A stretch of DNA of 64,000 nt from Raillietiella orientalis (GCA_036172245.1 JAYWIR010000002.1:3224001-3288000); one strand, 5' to 3'; shown: positions 13,322 to 27,266, counted from the first letter of the stretch. The notes: generated from the sequence alone by a model not told the origin. Numbers and translations: made by a program.

Positions 13322-15018
13322 CCGGCTCGTCCCGCCAGAGGGTCGCATCTTCTCCTCCCGAGATCTGCAGCGGGGGACCACCAGACCGGTGCAAGGAAGG
13401 GGCGGTTCCCTCTCCCCCCTTCCTCCCGGGATTCGCTCCTTTCCTTCCCCGCCGAGTCCACAAGGGCCACGGTCTTCACCGTTCGGCGGGGGCGGGCTAT
13501 GCGGACAGGGGAGCGAGAGGGAGGGAGGGAGGGAGGGCAGAGCGGAGGCGAAGTCCGAGACTCTCCGGCGTCGTCTCCCGCAACACAACCCGGGGACCGA
13601 GCCGCTACGGCGGCTCCGGGCGACGAGAACAACGGGTCCCAGTGCCCCCGCGGCTCGCTCAGGGGCGGAACTGCGCGGTGCGGCGCTCGCGGCTGCCGTC
13701 GCGAGGCGTGCCGATTGCAGCGGCAGCGGCACGTCACGGGCACGATCCTTCGCCTGACTGAGACGCGTTCTTTGACAGTCGGCGCTTTCGTTCGGCGGAG
13801 GAGCCGCGAGCACGCGGGGAGGGGGAGGAGGAGGAGGAGGAGGAGGATGCCTTGCTTCTTGCGGGCGACTCCTCCTGGCGGCGGCGGGATGCTGCGGTCT
13901 CTCGCTCCTCCTCCCCCCTTCCTTCTGGCTTGGCTGTCAGCTCCAGAACCGTCAAGGCGGCGCGCCGAAGGACGGGAAAGAAGAAAAAACAAAACAAAAA
14001 AAAAGAACGAACGCTACACTCGCGGTCAGAGTTCCGACCACTCGAAAGATGCCCGGAGGCTCGTCACCGCTCTTCCCTTTTTTTTTTGCTTCCCTCCCCC
14101 CCCCCCCTCCCTCTCCCTTCTCCCCTCCCATTCTTCGTGCGAAGCCCTCCTGATGATGATGAAGTGGTTTTAAATTATCGATGACGATCCCCGATGACTT
14201 CTGGCATCCGGCGGATCTCGCGAGGTCACGCGCGCGCGCCTGGGAAGACCAAGAGCTTCCGGCGAACTCGGGGGAACCGCCGCGTTCGGAGCTGACCGCG
14301 GATTTGCTCTTGCCACCCTCCCTCCACGGCCGCCCAGGACCAGCGAGGAGGTCGAGAGAGGAGGCGACCTGGGGCCACGGACCCCATTTGTCCTCCTCGT
14401 TCCTCCTCAGCTCCGAGGCTCGTTCCTGCGTGCGGGGAGGGGAGGGAGGATGAAGGAAAAAGGGGTGACGAGGGAAGAAAGGAGTGGGAAGAAGACCTTC
14501 GATGCTCCATGTGAAGGGATGCTGCAGGGACTCTGCCGGCTCTCGAAGGAAGGACGGACGGGAGCTCTTCTTCCTTGGGGGCCGGCGATCAAGGCGCCCT
14601 ATTGGTGGGGAGCAGGGAAGAACGGGATGTATTTCGGATTTTCCTTTCTGAAATGACGCCGGGAAAGGTCGAGGAAAGAGCAGCCGCCACTCCAGGCACT
14701 CCAAGTGCCCGCGCTGCGACGGCGCTCCTCGTTCCAGGCCGGCCGGCCGTCTCCACAGGGCGCTAGATCGGTCACCCCCGAGGTCGTGAGCGGCCACGCG
14801 GTCCTGAATCGCTCGTCCCCCTTCCCCCCGGGAGAGGAACCGAAGGACTTGTGTCAGGGATGCAGAAGTCGGCATCTGATATCGAGGGCGAGAGAGACTG
14901 CTTTCTCCTTCCAGCTGACCAGAGCGAGGGAGATGGCGTCTAGCATTTGGCTCGTCCCTCCAGGGGATCGCATCTTCTCCCGAGATCTGCAGCGGCGCAT
15001 CATCAGACCATCCAAACG

Positions 15019-15199
15019 ACTCTGCGGAGAAGGAGAGGAGCGAATCCCGGGAGGAAGGAGGAGAGGGAACCGCTCCTTCCTTGCACCGGTCTGGTGGTCC
15101 GCCGCTGCAGATCTCGAGAGAAGATGCGACCCCCTGGCGGGACGAGCCGGATGCTGACAGGAGCACCTGCGTTGCTGCTGCTGCTGCACCCTTGCACGT
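15019..15199 (+). repeat. Inverted copy of Sidestep-like exon 1 and adjacent 5' sequence (source ~13273-13458)
   Basis: Reverse-complement match including atgctgacaggagcacctgcgttgctgctgctgctgcac (MLTGAPALLLLLH). A further partial direct copy lies at ~14950-14995. Confidence 0.9.
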
Positions 15200-15799
15200 A
15201 TGCTGCCGGAGGGAACCTTGATCGTCGACCCCCAGAGCAGAAAAGTTTCCGTCCGTCTCCCCTTCGAGTATTATCAAGGTTCCTGCAGCATCCATTTGCA
15301 TGGAACATTGAAAAGGCCTTCATCCCGTCGTCTTCCCGAAATCTTTCGTCCCTCTGCTTTCTTTTACTCTCCTGACGGAGGAAGGCAAATCCAGGAAACG
15401 CGGAGGCTCACCCGTAGGAAGGCCCTGCTGAGATCCCGAGCCGTGGGCTGCCCGAAAACAGGAAGCGGAAACTCCCGAAAGCTCTGATGCTCCCATTTCG
15501 CTCCCCCCTACGCCTCTCCTCGGCTGTCTCGTAGATCCATCCCGATCGCAGAGGGGAAATAAGGCGTTCTGCTCGGACCCCTGGCCCGCAGATTCTCTCT
15601 CTGTTTCCGCTCGCTGCGACACGGGGCGTCTTCTTCCACCTCTCTTTCCCCTTTCCCCTCCTTTTTCCCCCTGGCACCCTGAAGGTCACCGTGTCTGCGG
15701 GGCGCGCTTCCTCCGCTTCCGAGGGACCGATCTTTCTACTTCCGCTGTTCCCTCTCTCCGGGATCCCCTTCCGAAGGACTAAGCTCCCTGGCCCCACGG

Positions 15800-18000
15800 T
15801 GTCATCCGGAAAAGTCTAGAAGAGGTCAAACCCTCCGAGGCGACCGTACCCCGGCCTTTGCCACTGTTCTACGACTCCTTGGCGTCGCGCAGGTCGCTCC
15901 GAAGATTGGTTCCGGACTTCTTCCAGCGACTCCCCACGTGGGGTGCGCTCTTTGCCGTCCGGAGGGCGCGTCTGGGCTGGCACGTGCCAGCGGGCTCTCC
16001 AGCTTCCAAATGGATCCTCAGTGGCACCGTCACGTCGCACAAATGGTCAGCGAGCTTTCCAGAAATTTCGATCTCTCGCAAGGCATCTTCGTTCTCGGTC
16101 TTCCCGAGATCCTTGAGTGCCGGTCTCAGGAGCTCGCGAGCCGGCTCGGGGCTCCTCCTGCGGGAGGAGACGTAACAGACTTCCTCGGTTTCCCCCTCTC
16201 CCTCTCTCCTCTTTCACGATCCGTGTCGGAGCGCTGCCGCCGTGCCTCCGAACGGCAGCATCCGTCGAGACCCCATTTTTCCGGGGACTGGGAAAAGGGG
16301 TTTCTTTCTGCTAAATCTAGAACGCTCCCCTGCCCTCTCCCGAGGTGTTCGGAGGCTGCTGCTCTTATCAGTCTCTGCCCATTTCCTTCGTGTCCCGACT
16401 TCCGGATTTCGTGGACGGATGGCGCCGCAGCCGGCTGGGTGCCTCTGAGTCGAGGGTGGCTCGTGGCGGCGAGCGCTGCCTGCGCCCTCTGAGTGGGTTC
16501 CGCTGTTTCCAGTCGCATCCCACCGATCTGTGGCCCCTGGAGCGACGAAGCGAAAAGCCAAAGAGACGAGGAGGTCAGATCACGGCGGCAGCTCCACTAC
16601 GCGAGCGTGCCCCTCGGCTGCTGGACGCGATCCTCCGTCGAGTCGCCCGAGGCTCGCCGCGCATGCTGGTGCGGAGTCGATGGTGCTCCCGCGCAGTGAG
16701 CCTCTAGGAGGGGGATCTTTCCCCCCTAGAGGCCGTCTCTCTGGATGCACGGGGGATGAGGACTCCGCATCGTTGCCGCTACGCTCCCGCCATCGCCTCC
16801 GCCTCCCCGGTTTCCCAGATCCAGCTCTCGCCGGCAATTCCCTCCCGCCCGCGACGCTGCGGCACCGGGAGATTGCGGCCGTGGACTGCGCCGCTCCCGA
16901 GACCCGAGCCCTGACACCCGGGATCCCGGACTCCCTCGTCAGAGCCCGGCTGTTCCCTCGGGATGCGGGCCGCGGGGACGAGGGAGGGAACTTTTACAAC
17001 TGGTTTCCCTGCTGCCATAAATCTGCGGAGATGCGCACCTCCAGCTTCCCGGCATCAGTGGGACTCGCAGATTGCAGATTGAATATGAATGTCATGGAGA
17101 GCGGGGATTAATCTTGGCGTCTTGCGGATGCCGTCGCGCCCAAGTGTGCAGATGCATCAACGTCGTCAAATCCTCTCTGGAGTCGTGAGAATGATTTCGA
17201 TGAGTAATGGCCGCCGGTCCGGGAGCGACGGGATTGGATTCTCACACTCTCCCGTTCCTCCTCGACCCGATCCCCTCCTTCCAAGTCGCTCCTTCCTCCC
17301 CTCCCTTCCCCTTCCCCTTGCTGCTGCTCCGCGGGATAGAGGGCTCGCGTCGCGGCGGCGACAGCAGCAGCAGCGGCTGGGAAGCCAGGCGGTCGCACCC
17401 TTCCCTCGCCCCCCCTTCTCCGCCCCTTAGAAGACATCTTTTCCGGCAGAAGAACCCTCTGCAAGGCGCTTTTCCGGAATCTCGAGAAGGCAGGGACCAG
17501 AGGGGGGGGGGGCAGCAGTCCTGTGTTCAGGATCCGCCCTCGCTCCGTAGATGGCACTCGGTGGAGCTCTACAAGGAGGGTCCGATCTACTGCAGCACCG
17601 GTGAATGGACTCGCAGATCTGGAACGAAGCGGAGAGATCTCTTCCCCCACTTCTTCTCCGGATCCTCTGGGGGTCTTCAATTCCCTGGGGGTCAACAGCA
17701 GGTAGCTCTTTTACGCGCGCGGTCACTTCCTGGTTTTTGCACGGAGGACCAGGAGTGGAGCTGTCTGCTCCTGGATCGCCCGAGCTGCGACGTCCCTGCG
17801 GAAGGATCCTCTCGGCTTCGGAAAAGGAAAGCGGCGACCTCTCTCTGGTCGCTGACCTCCTTCCGTCTCTCTGGCCGATCTCAAGGGAGAGGCGGGCTCT
17901 TCCCCGGCGCGTTCGAGCAGTCGCCCGCCCTGGGGCTTCCGCGGCCTCCTTGGTATGCCTCAGATGCTGGCTGGGGATCTCAGTGATGCATGAGCGGTCC
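15800..18000 (-). mobile_element. Decayed LINE ORF2 (RT) remnant, same family as the intact element
   Basis: ILPQG ~ VLPKG; AVDRTLLVEL ~ SIDHGMLLKVL; KDLGKTENEDA...ADHLCDVTVPLRI ~ EILGKTANEAA...ANLWNGVLLPKI, in collinear order. Confidence 0.55.
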
Positions 18001-19399
18001 ATCGAGCATCAGCAGCTCTACTCTCTCCTGCGGAGGGGAGAAAGGTAGCGGGCAGCACTCGGAACGGGGGATCGAGGACAACGGTAACCCGGAGGGGCGG
18101 GTAGGCACACACGCGCACCCACCGAGGCCGAGTTGTGGAGGCAGGCGGATACAGGGAAAGATGCGATCGGCTTCTGCCTTCTCCAGCTTCCCCGACTGCA
18201 CTGCGCTTTGCGACGCCGCTTCCTGTGCAGAGCTCATCCCGCCTCGATGGTCGCAAGGAATGAGGTCGCTTTAGCTGCGCACGTGTCCCCTCCACTTCCT
18301 CTTCCTCCTCCTCCTCCTCTTTTTCTTCGCCCTCTGATTTTTTGTTTTTCGTCGAGCGAATTCTTGCAAAGTTCTGATGCCAGGAAGCAACGGTAAGTGA
18401 CACTGCCCCGAGGCTGAGTGCCCGTTGACCGATACCGCTCCCTTTCCAGATAAAATATGGGCGCGGCGAGTTGATTGAGTTGCCTGAAGAATAAGAAGGG
18501 GGGAGGGAACAAAAACAAAAACAAAAAAGCGGTGGAGGTTCCCAGCCTCCCGACGGAAGATGTCAAAGGTTGAGTTCTTCGTCTCCGTCGGCAAGGAACC
18601 GGAGCTTTTGAGATGGCCTCGGGGAGTCCACGCCGTCTGCCCGAGTGCAGAAAATCGGCGCGCAGAGGGATTCCCTGACGCGCTACTCAGCGGCTCACGG
18701 GTTCTGGGATACATTCGCGCGCCGCTTCGGAAGGATCAGAGACGCACGTGGCGATGGCATCGCATGGCTCCTCCCTCCTTCCGCAGAAGGAGAGGGAGTC
18801 GATCCGCTGACGACCGCTACAGACCCTCCTTTCACGGGCGGTGAGGTGCAGCATGCGGTTGCCAAGCGAAGCCAGCCCGGCACGCCGTTCCGGGCGTGAT
18901 GGGCCAGCTTCGCCATACTTCTATCCCCCACTTTACCCTGTACGTTCCTCGGAGCCAGAAGGAGTCCGCGAGGAGGGACGGTGTCTGGGGTCACCATCAG
19001 TCCCAAGGCGGAGGGATGACCGAGTTCCTCCTCTGGCTCTCTGGGGCGAGGGAGGAGCCCACGTAGGGCTCGTTCCCCAGGTCTGGTCTCCCTCTGCCCT
19101 CCCGGGAATGAAGGGACCCTTCCGTCGTAGTCCCGTCAGTTGCCCCCCTCTTAGTCGACCCAGGAAGAGGTGGAGGATGCCGGACGTTCTCCCGCCTCCT
19201 CGGTTCTTGCGAACCATTCAGGCCCTCATCCGGGTGAAGCCTTTACCGCCGATCCCCCTCGTCCTCGCTCGGCCTTGGTGCGATTGCCTTCGGGGAGATC
19301 CAGGGGGAACCGATGCGCCGTGGGATTCCTTGGACCCTGCGCTCCCTCTCCGCTCCCTGCTCCATGCCTCCGAGGCAATCCTGTGACCTCTTTCCTTCC

Positions 19400-21700
19400 T
19401 GAAGGAGTCCAGAGGTCGACCTCTCGTCGTTCCGAGAGTAGGCAGGGCGCTCCCAATGCTGGAAACCCTGACGGCTCTCGGAGGTGAGAAGGGAAAGCTC
19501 CTGGTTAGGGATGATGCGGAGAAAATTCCGAAGCTCCTTCCACTCCTTTCTGCAGATGAACAGTATCCCCGAGCACAGACGTCGTATCCTTGCGTGCACT
19601 CTTCTTGAGCTCAGCAACCCCTCCCCCCTTCCCCCCGAGAGGGCTGGCGCGCCTCCAGGAAAAGCAGAGCCTCTGCATCCCCCCTCTCCCCCAACATCCA
19701 CGGCCACGGGCTTCCAGGTGCGTTGAGAAGGAGCTCAAGGGAGATTCCGAAGCATCAACGGCTGAGTCCCCTCCCCCTCCTCTCTTTCCAGCTCAAGCCG
19801 AGGATGCACTCCCTTGCCACTAAGTGCACCATCCACCGGTGTGGGACCGAGATCCCAGAGAGCATTCTGTCTTTCAAAAGAAAGGCGTTCTTTTCCCCGA
19901 AGGGCCCCTCTTGTCTCCCGTGCGCCACCTCGGAGCACATTGGCGCGCGCGCGCGCTCCGTCGCCGCAACCCGCGCTTTGCGCGATGAAGGTGCGCCTGT
20001 TGACGGGGCACTCCCACACTTCCCGTCCTCTCCGCACCGGGTCCGGATAGGCTGGCTGCGCCCTTCCGTCCGCCGTCCGCTCCTTGATGCGAGGATGCAT
20101 CCGCAGCAGGCTCGGCCAGTCCTGGGGACGAACTGGGACACGCTCGAGGACTCGCCGCCTTAAACTACCGGAAACGAGAGGAGCAGCCTCTCCAGTCTCC
20201 TTTTCCCTTTCTCATTAGCTTCTGGGCTCGGTCTCCATTAGCGAAGAGCCCGCCGTTTGCGCCCGAGAGATTCCCGACGCCGCTCCTTCCTTCTCGAGGG
20301 TTCCTCTCCCCCCATCCCTCCCGTTCCACGACGGCGGTGACATTTGCGCCCTCCGCCCTCGAGGGAAAAAAGGGAACGGAGGGTGGTGGTGGGACTACCA
20401 CTGTGACCCTTGGACGGGTTGCAACTGGATCCGTCGCGCCACGCGTACATCGAGTCCGCCCCGGGAGGCGACTGGACCGCGGCAAAGACCGGACGCCCTT
20501 CCTTAGCCGTGCCTTCCCCAGCCGCCTCCCTGGGAGGAAGACGACGACATGAAGCGAGCCCTCCCTTTCTCTCGTCACGGGGATGAGGCAGCTGATGCCA
20601 TTCTCTGGGGAAGCTGGGAAGCTGCGAGGGTAGTGCTGTCCTGACCATACAGAGTGCGACCTGGCTGTCCAGGAGACCCATCCGGAAAGAACGGGATTTT
20701 CGAGGTCGTCTCCTGCAATTTTCCCTTTCTCTGCACCTCCTGTATCTTTCCTTCCCCATTATCCTCCTTTCTCCTTCCTAGAGGAACAGCGGCTGAGTTG
20801 TCCACTCTACCCGCGCGCTGGAAAGACGAGGACTCGCCCTCCAGCACGACGCGAAGGTGGCTGTCACACGCAGCTGCCCCAGCATCCACCATCCTCCACT
20901 CTTTCCCTACCTCACGGCCCGTTGCTATCGTCCATCGAATCCACGGTGAGTTGAGAGGTCAGCAAGAGACTCACTCCGTCCGCAACCTCCCGGCCGCGCA
21001 ACGTGGCTGCTGTGGACTTCACTTGCGCAAGAGACGCCGTCACCTCCATGCGCTCCTCCCGCGGCAGTCCAATCGGGGATGGGGGGGGGAAAGGGAGGAC
21101 GCCCAGAGTTCCTGCTCAAGGAGCTCCTTCCTGCCTCCCTATTTTCGTCCGCGTGAACAGACTACTCTGGTCTGCGGTGCCTTGGTCTCCTCCAATCGCG
21201 TACCGAAAGTCTGAAAGGACGTCAGCCGTTCCTAAGCCACCTCGTTCGCTTCCTCCGTGGGTCAGGATGCTGGGCAGGTGCAAGAGACCGCGTCGGCAGG
21301 GTTGCCACTGCCCGGGAGCTCCAGTTGCCAGGGGACTACAAATCCGAGAAGCCTTCCTGAGGCCCGATGACCCACGGCCTCACGCCCCTACTTTCCTCAT
21401 TCGGGGAATTTAGGAGCACTCCCGGACCTTTTCCTGCTCCGCGGAAGGAGGAGGCGGGTGCCTCCCCTCTCGTCCGGACGGGGGAGGAGTCCCCGAGTTC
21501 TCTCCTGATTTCTCCTTCTTCCTGGAGAGGGTGGCGAAGAATTTCCTGAGATTGGGGGCTCACGCGGCTCCAGAGAACGAAGTGTCCTCCAGTACACTTC
21601 GCATGACTAGAAACCCAGGAGATCTGATCCTCTCTCTCCCATCTCGCATCGACAGTTCGGGAAGAGTAAAGGAGAGGGAGGGGAAGGGAAGGAGCTCCCA
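19400..21700 (-). mobile_element. Decayed LINE ORF2 remnant
   Basis: PGQWQP ~ IAQWRP; SVHADE ~ LAYADD; ILFICRKEWKELRNFLRII ~ HILTCPTLLHDWLILKRII, collinear. Confidence 0.45.
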
Positions 21701-24499
21701 GTGATGGCTGCTCTCCCTTTGCCTGTCAGGTCTTCGGAAGACAAGGAAGAGGGTGGCATTGAGCCCCCTCCTTCCGCTCTCCTCCCAGCCTTTTCGGAAG
21801 CGCCCTGCAGTCATCCCCTTCGGAGTCAACAGTCTCCGGCGTGCACCGCCCTGGGGCGCATCCGCCTCAGTGGAACTTTCAGCAGTCTGCACTAGATGGA
21901 GGGCGTGGAGCATCCGCTCTCTTCTCCCGTCCCCTCCGTCCTCCTCCCCCTAGAGGCGAGACGCGAGGGACCCACCCTCCTCCACGCTCGTCTCCGCCCA
22001 AGGAACGATTGCCGTGCCCCTCCCCGACTCAGGACACCTCCTCCCCTCCTCTCCCTCCTGCGCACGGGAGTCCTCTCGGCTTACACCAGGGACTTCCGTC
22101 ATACCGGCAGCTGAGGTGACAACAGGAGAGGGAAAAAAGAAGATATAGAAGACAGGGAAGATGATCTCCCGGGGCAGGAAGCTCGCTGTCTACCGAACTC
22201 GCGCCGCAGGACCGCGTCGGCACATCCAGGTTCCCGTTGTCCGGCAATGGCAATGGGATCCGTCGCTTTCCCTGCACGCTCTTCGGGATTCTCCCCGGCA
22301 AGAGAGGGAGGGAGAGAGGCGCCGTTTCCTCCTTCCGCCTGATGCTGGCGTTCCCGCCCCTTCTTCTCGCCTTCCGCTTCCTTTTTCAAGAAGGAAAGGA
22401 ACGAGGGGATGGGGAAGCGCACCGATAGACCTTGGAAGAACACGAGGAACGATCCTCCACTACCGAGCACTCCCGAACAGGAAGGAAACTGAGACGGGCA
22501 GACCCGGACGCCCCAGGAGAAACGCAGACTTTCAGGAACTGAGCGCCCTGCTCGGATGGTGCAAGCGCGGCGGCAGCGCCGATGGGGCTGAGATGCCGCC
22601 GCTTTCCCAACTCTCTTTTTCCCCTCTTTCCCAAGGAGGGCGATCCTCCACCCTCCGGAATCAGGTCGGGAAACGCGGGACGGGAAAGAGTCTCTGCGGA
22701 GTCCCGCGGGAGGCGCTCGAGGGTCCTCGAAAAGGGAGAAGGAAGCATAATCCCCCCCTCGCGGCTGACAGCTAGACAATATGCGATTAGGAAAAAGAAG
22801 AGGAAGATTTGCGCGGGTGGAGTATATGGGAGAAAAGGGAGCTCTGTAAGGGAAACGGAAGGATAAGGGAGCAGAAAAAGATGTCCCGAAGGACGCAACG
22901 CGCTCTCCTGGAAACGAAGAGGTGGGACAGGATTGGCTGGTCTCGTAGCCAAGAGAGAGAAGGCGGGAGGAAAGAAGTTCCTGTCCCCTCTGAAAATGGT
23001 CTTCGAGGGAAGCGCGCGTCCGCGATTTCATTGCGAAGCTTTTGGGAACGATTGAGGGAGAAAACAAAAGGGAAGGCGACCGAATGACGGTGTGAGTGGG
23101 GAGGGGTGGAAAAGACAGAATGAGGGAAGAGGAAGGAAACGCAGACTCACGAGCTCCCGGAAGCGTCCTGCTCCAATTTTTCCTCCCCACGCGGGCAAAT
23201 CGCCGCCTACGGGAGATAGGCCGTCACCGCCGTCTCCTCCCCACGAAGCAGAGAGAGGTCTTCGCCCGTCCCACACCCGGCGCGCCCCGTTCCGGGCAGC
23301 AGCTCCATCGGTCACTCGGGGGTGTCCCGGAGGCACAGGAACGCCGCCCTGCCTCGCTCCCCTTTCCTTCACGAGGAACTGCCTCCCCGCCGAGGAGAAG
23401 AAGCGAGAAGGAGGGGAGGAAGAAGGGGAGTAGGGAGGGATTCCTCCGGAGACGCCCGTCTCCGCCCCGGACAAAGAAGTCCGCGCCTCCCGTAGCTTGC
23501 TGCGATGGAGCGCGCTTCCTGGAGTCTCCTTCCTTGTGCTCGCTTCCCGCCCTCGGACGAACGCTCCCGTTTTCTTCCTTCCTCCCGTGAGGGACGGGGG
23601 AAGACCTCCGGCTGGCCTTCCTCCTCCTTCCCGTGGGCAAGGCGGAGGTGACGGGAGGAGAAGACGAGGGACCAGGAGAGCGCCAAGGTACGCGGCTGCT
23701 CGAAAACGTCTCTACTCGGACAGGGCACCGCCCTGACCCCGATGAAAGGATGAATGAGGCGAAGTGGAAGAGCACGTCGTCTCGTCCTGTCCCCTCTGTC
23801 TCCACGCTCGTGTACCTATCGGGAGGAGCCCCGAGAGTCCGGCAGGTGAGGTGCCTCCGGAGGAAACGGGACGGACCGGATAGGAAGGGGCCATAGGAGG
23901 CAGGGAGGTGCGCTCCCTCCCCCTTTCTTCCCATATCGAGCGTGGGCAGGAACCCGGACAAAAGGGACCCGCGTCTCCGAGGAAACTTCGCCCTGGTTCG
24001 GACTCTCGCGACGGACACTTGGCACCCGCGCTCGCAAGGGACCACGGGGCGACCACGTCGGTGCCACTGCCCCGAGCCGCACGCGCTCTGAGGGCGAGGA
24101 GCACGCGTGTTACTCCCCGGAGACCGACACGTCCACCCCATCACCTCCGGGAGATGAGCTTTCCGGCGTCCCTGGGGAAAAAAGTGCGTCGCACGGAGGG
24201 CAAGTCTTCTACTCCTTCCTTCCGTCTCCCGTGAGCAATGCGGAGGGGGGGGGAACGGGGGGCTGTGCGTGCAACGGCAGTTCGCGCTTCGCCTCTTTGC
24301 TTCGTTCCATGGGCCTCGGCCGGACTTCCAGGACGAAACCCCCTGTTCCTGCTTCCCCCTTGTCCTCGGCAGCCTGTGACGCGAACTGGGAGCTCGCAAG
24401 CTTCTTATTTCCCGAACCGCATCCTCCTCTCTATGGTCCCCTCCCATCCCACCAATATCTCTTTCCGTACCAGCCGAATCTCCCGAACGCTCAGAGCCA

Positions 24500-27266
24500 A
24501 ACCCGGATTCTAAAGAAGGGATATTTCGGGACTCGCCAGGCGGCAACGACTCCCGACTCGCCTATGCGGCGCTCCCGTTCGACCTCCCCCCGTGGAGTCT
24601 CCGGGCCAGAAGGACAGCCAGAGGTTTCAGGGCTCCTCACCGGGACCCGCACATTCCGCTTGTGGCTGCTGTGTCGCAACCGATTGGACGCTCTCGCCGC
24701 ATCCATGCCGATGGCCACTGGACGACGCGAGGATGCGAGCACAGGAAGGTGCAAGGCCGTGAATGCCGGCAGCATCGGAGGGTCAGCGCTCTTATCGTCT
24801 GGTGTGGTGTGAAAGGTGACCATCCCCGGTCCTGAGAAAATAAGGGCGGGGACAGGGAATAGGTAGAGCAGCCCTCTCGATAGAGTTTCCCCTAATGGTC
24901 CAGGGGCCCACGATCCGAGATGCGGCAGCTTCCACCTACGCTCTTGCTGCAGCACCCTCGAGGGAGGAGGGGTTCGCTGAGAGGATGAGTGAAAGGAGCT
25001 CTGATAGGGATGCGAGGCTCCCGAGTGACTGGACAGTGGAGCCTCAAAGTCACTTCCTCTTCCTTAAAACCACAAGAGAAAGAAAATGGCAAAACAAAGG
25101 TTCCTCACTCCCCGCAAGGAACGAAAGAAGGCGGGAAATCTGAAGGGGGAAAAAAGTAATCCAGGAAGATGGTGACCGCGAAGGATTTCGCCAGGAATTT
25201 GGGGCGGAATGACGGCCCTTGATGGGACACGAAGAGGCGGAGAAGGCAGTTGCTGAGGAAGGGAGAGGCGCGTCGTGATTCCCCAAGTACGGCTGGCCTC
25301 TCGCTGATGCGTTTAAAATGCTTCTCTGATCTCCGGAGCAGGATGCAGCCAGGTGGGCATCCGGACCCCGACGCAGGAGTCTGGCGGTACCCAAGAGATC
25401 CGCTTTCCCCGTTTCATCTTTCTCCAGGGGGTGCAAGGATCATCCGAGGAAGGGGAAGGGGCAGAGGACCCACGGCCTTTTCCTCAGCGGAAATAGAGAG
25501 CTCGAGCAAGGACGAGAGTCTGCCTCCGCGCTGCGGGCGGCAAAACAACGGAACCAAAAGAACTGTCTCCAGGGATCCGCTTACGAGGCAGGGAGCAGTA
25601 GGTGGGCGGATCTCACCAATCCCTCCTCCCGTCTTCTGAAGGCATCGACTCTCTCCTTCCCGAAAAGGAGGAGTCCGTTTGCCTTCGGTCTCAGGAGCAT
25701 TCGAAGTTGACCCTCCTAGGAGTCGACTATCCTAGGAGTTCCCTAAGAGACTACGGATCACCCGGTAGCGCCTCAGAGCTCCTTTCAGCTGCAACGTCAT
25801 CGCTTCCTTCTCCTCCTCCAGGAAGGCGCATACGGCGAAGCAGCAGCTCTCCTCGCGGCCTCTCTCCCCCTCTCCATCTCCTCTCCATCTAGATGGAAAG
25901 CAGGGCGGTGCTGCCATCTCAGGTCCCGAAGATGTTGATCTTCCGGGCCTGAAATGGCTTTGAGGCGGGAGGCCCCCAGAGCAGAAGGGGCGTAAAGGTT
26001 CCGCCCCTCGGGTGCCGTTGAGAAAGCCTAACGGTGCTGACACCTACCGAGCGTTTTTCCTTCCGCTTCCGCGGGAGGCAGCACCTCAGCTGGATCTGAC
26101 CTTTCTGGCGACATGGAACACCAGGAAAACCGGCGGGAGCCGATTGGAAGAACGAGGAAATGCCTCAGGCGTGTGTTGAGGGTGGCCGCGAGTCGATTTC
26201 AGAAAAAGGGGAGAAATCCCTGGAGTTCTGAGGTTTGCACGTAAAGTCCAGAGAAGTGTTCCGGATCATCAGTAGGCAGGACATCACATACATGCGGAGG
26301 GCTCAAGTTCGAGAAGGGCGCACGGACAGGAGGGAATCTTTCTATGGGATGAGTCTGTACATTTGCGCTTTCCTGAGCAACGCGTTGAAAGAGGACGTTT
26401 CTCGGGGTGCTCCCGCGAAAGAGGCGGACGGGGTGGGTGCAATCCCGTTTTGCCTTCCACACAGTCCCCGAACCCGCATCATCCCTAACAGAGGAATGAC
26501 CTGCCCCTGCCCACCTGAACAGCCGTTCCTCTGAACCGAGTGTGACCTCCCCAGCATCCCCTCTAGCTGCTCACCTCTGAACCGGCTAACCGGTTCCCTT
26601 TCGGCGAAAGGGAAGAGGGAACATACCTGGCTCATCCGTTCCGCGAAGGACGAGTTCTCTTTCCTCCCTTGCATCTCCCGTTCGCCCTTCCTCACCTGCC
26701 TCGGAAAGTCTCCCCTTCCGGGAGCACAGCTTCCCTTGAACTTCCGCAGCTGAGGTTATGAGAAAGCTTTGCCCGGAAGACCCCCCTCCTCCTTCCTTCC
26801 TCCTCCCCTTCTTTTTCTTTCTGGATGAGGCACGCACTCCCTCTGTCGAGAGGTGCCAAGCACAAGTGTGGAGCTCCTCCCTTGGGAAGATCTGACACCG
26901 CCAGGGGACCTGTCCTCCCTTTTGCAGCGGCCCCACGTGCAGAATGGACCACACAGGCGGCAAGCTTTGCGATGGCACCTGACGGCTCCGCTGATGCGGT
27001 GGGGGTTCTTCCCTTCGGCAGGGCTCAACCCTTTCTTCGACTCTCAGTCTCGATGCGACCGCTTCTCGGAGAACACTCTGGAGCCGCAGAGCTAAAGCGT
27101 TCCTGCTGCAGCCTCTGGAGCATTCCAGCAGCACGGGAGGGATAAGAATTTTCGCCGTTCTGCAGTGGGGGTATTCTTTAGGGATTCTTTTGAATAAAGT
27201 TTTCAACTAGCAATAATCACGCCTCACTTTCGCTCCCAGACCGTGATATTGCCCGTGCACAAGGAA
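24500..27266 (-). mobile_element. Decayed LINE copy with U4-like head
   Basis: In order on the minus strand: U4-like head; knuckle remnant (RCHRKACRLCG); THPVRLF ~ SDHPLVRF; RRGPDA ~ AAGPDS; SILNASA ~ SILNSDA; IKGRHSAPN ~ VPGRHMSDN; HTTPDD ~ LAYADD. Confidence 0.6.
27140..27266 (-). ncRNA. U4 snRNA-like sequence (second copy; 5' half well preserved, 3' half decayed)
   Basis: tccttgtgcacgggcaatatcac...gaggcgtgattattgctagttgaaaacttta...aatacccc; gapless 55/71 identity to the 61693-61763 copy. Confidence 0.85.

Noticed and set aside
22765-22795. Possible third U4 head (gctagacaatatgcg)
   Set aside because: Similarity too short; no stem II arm or k-turn.
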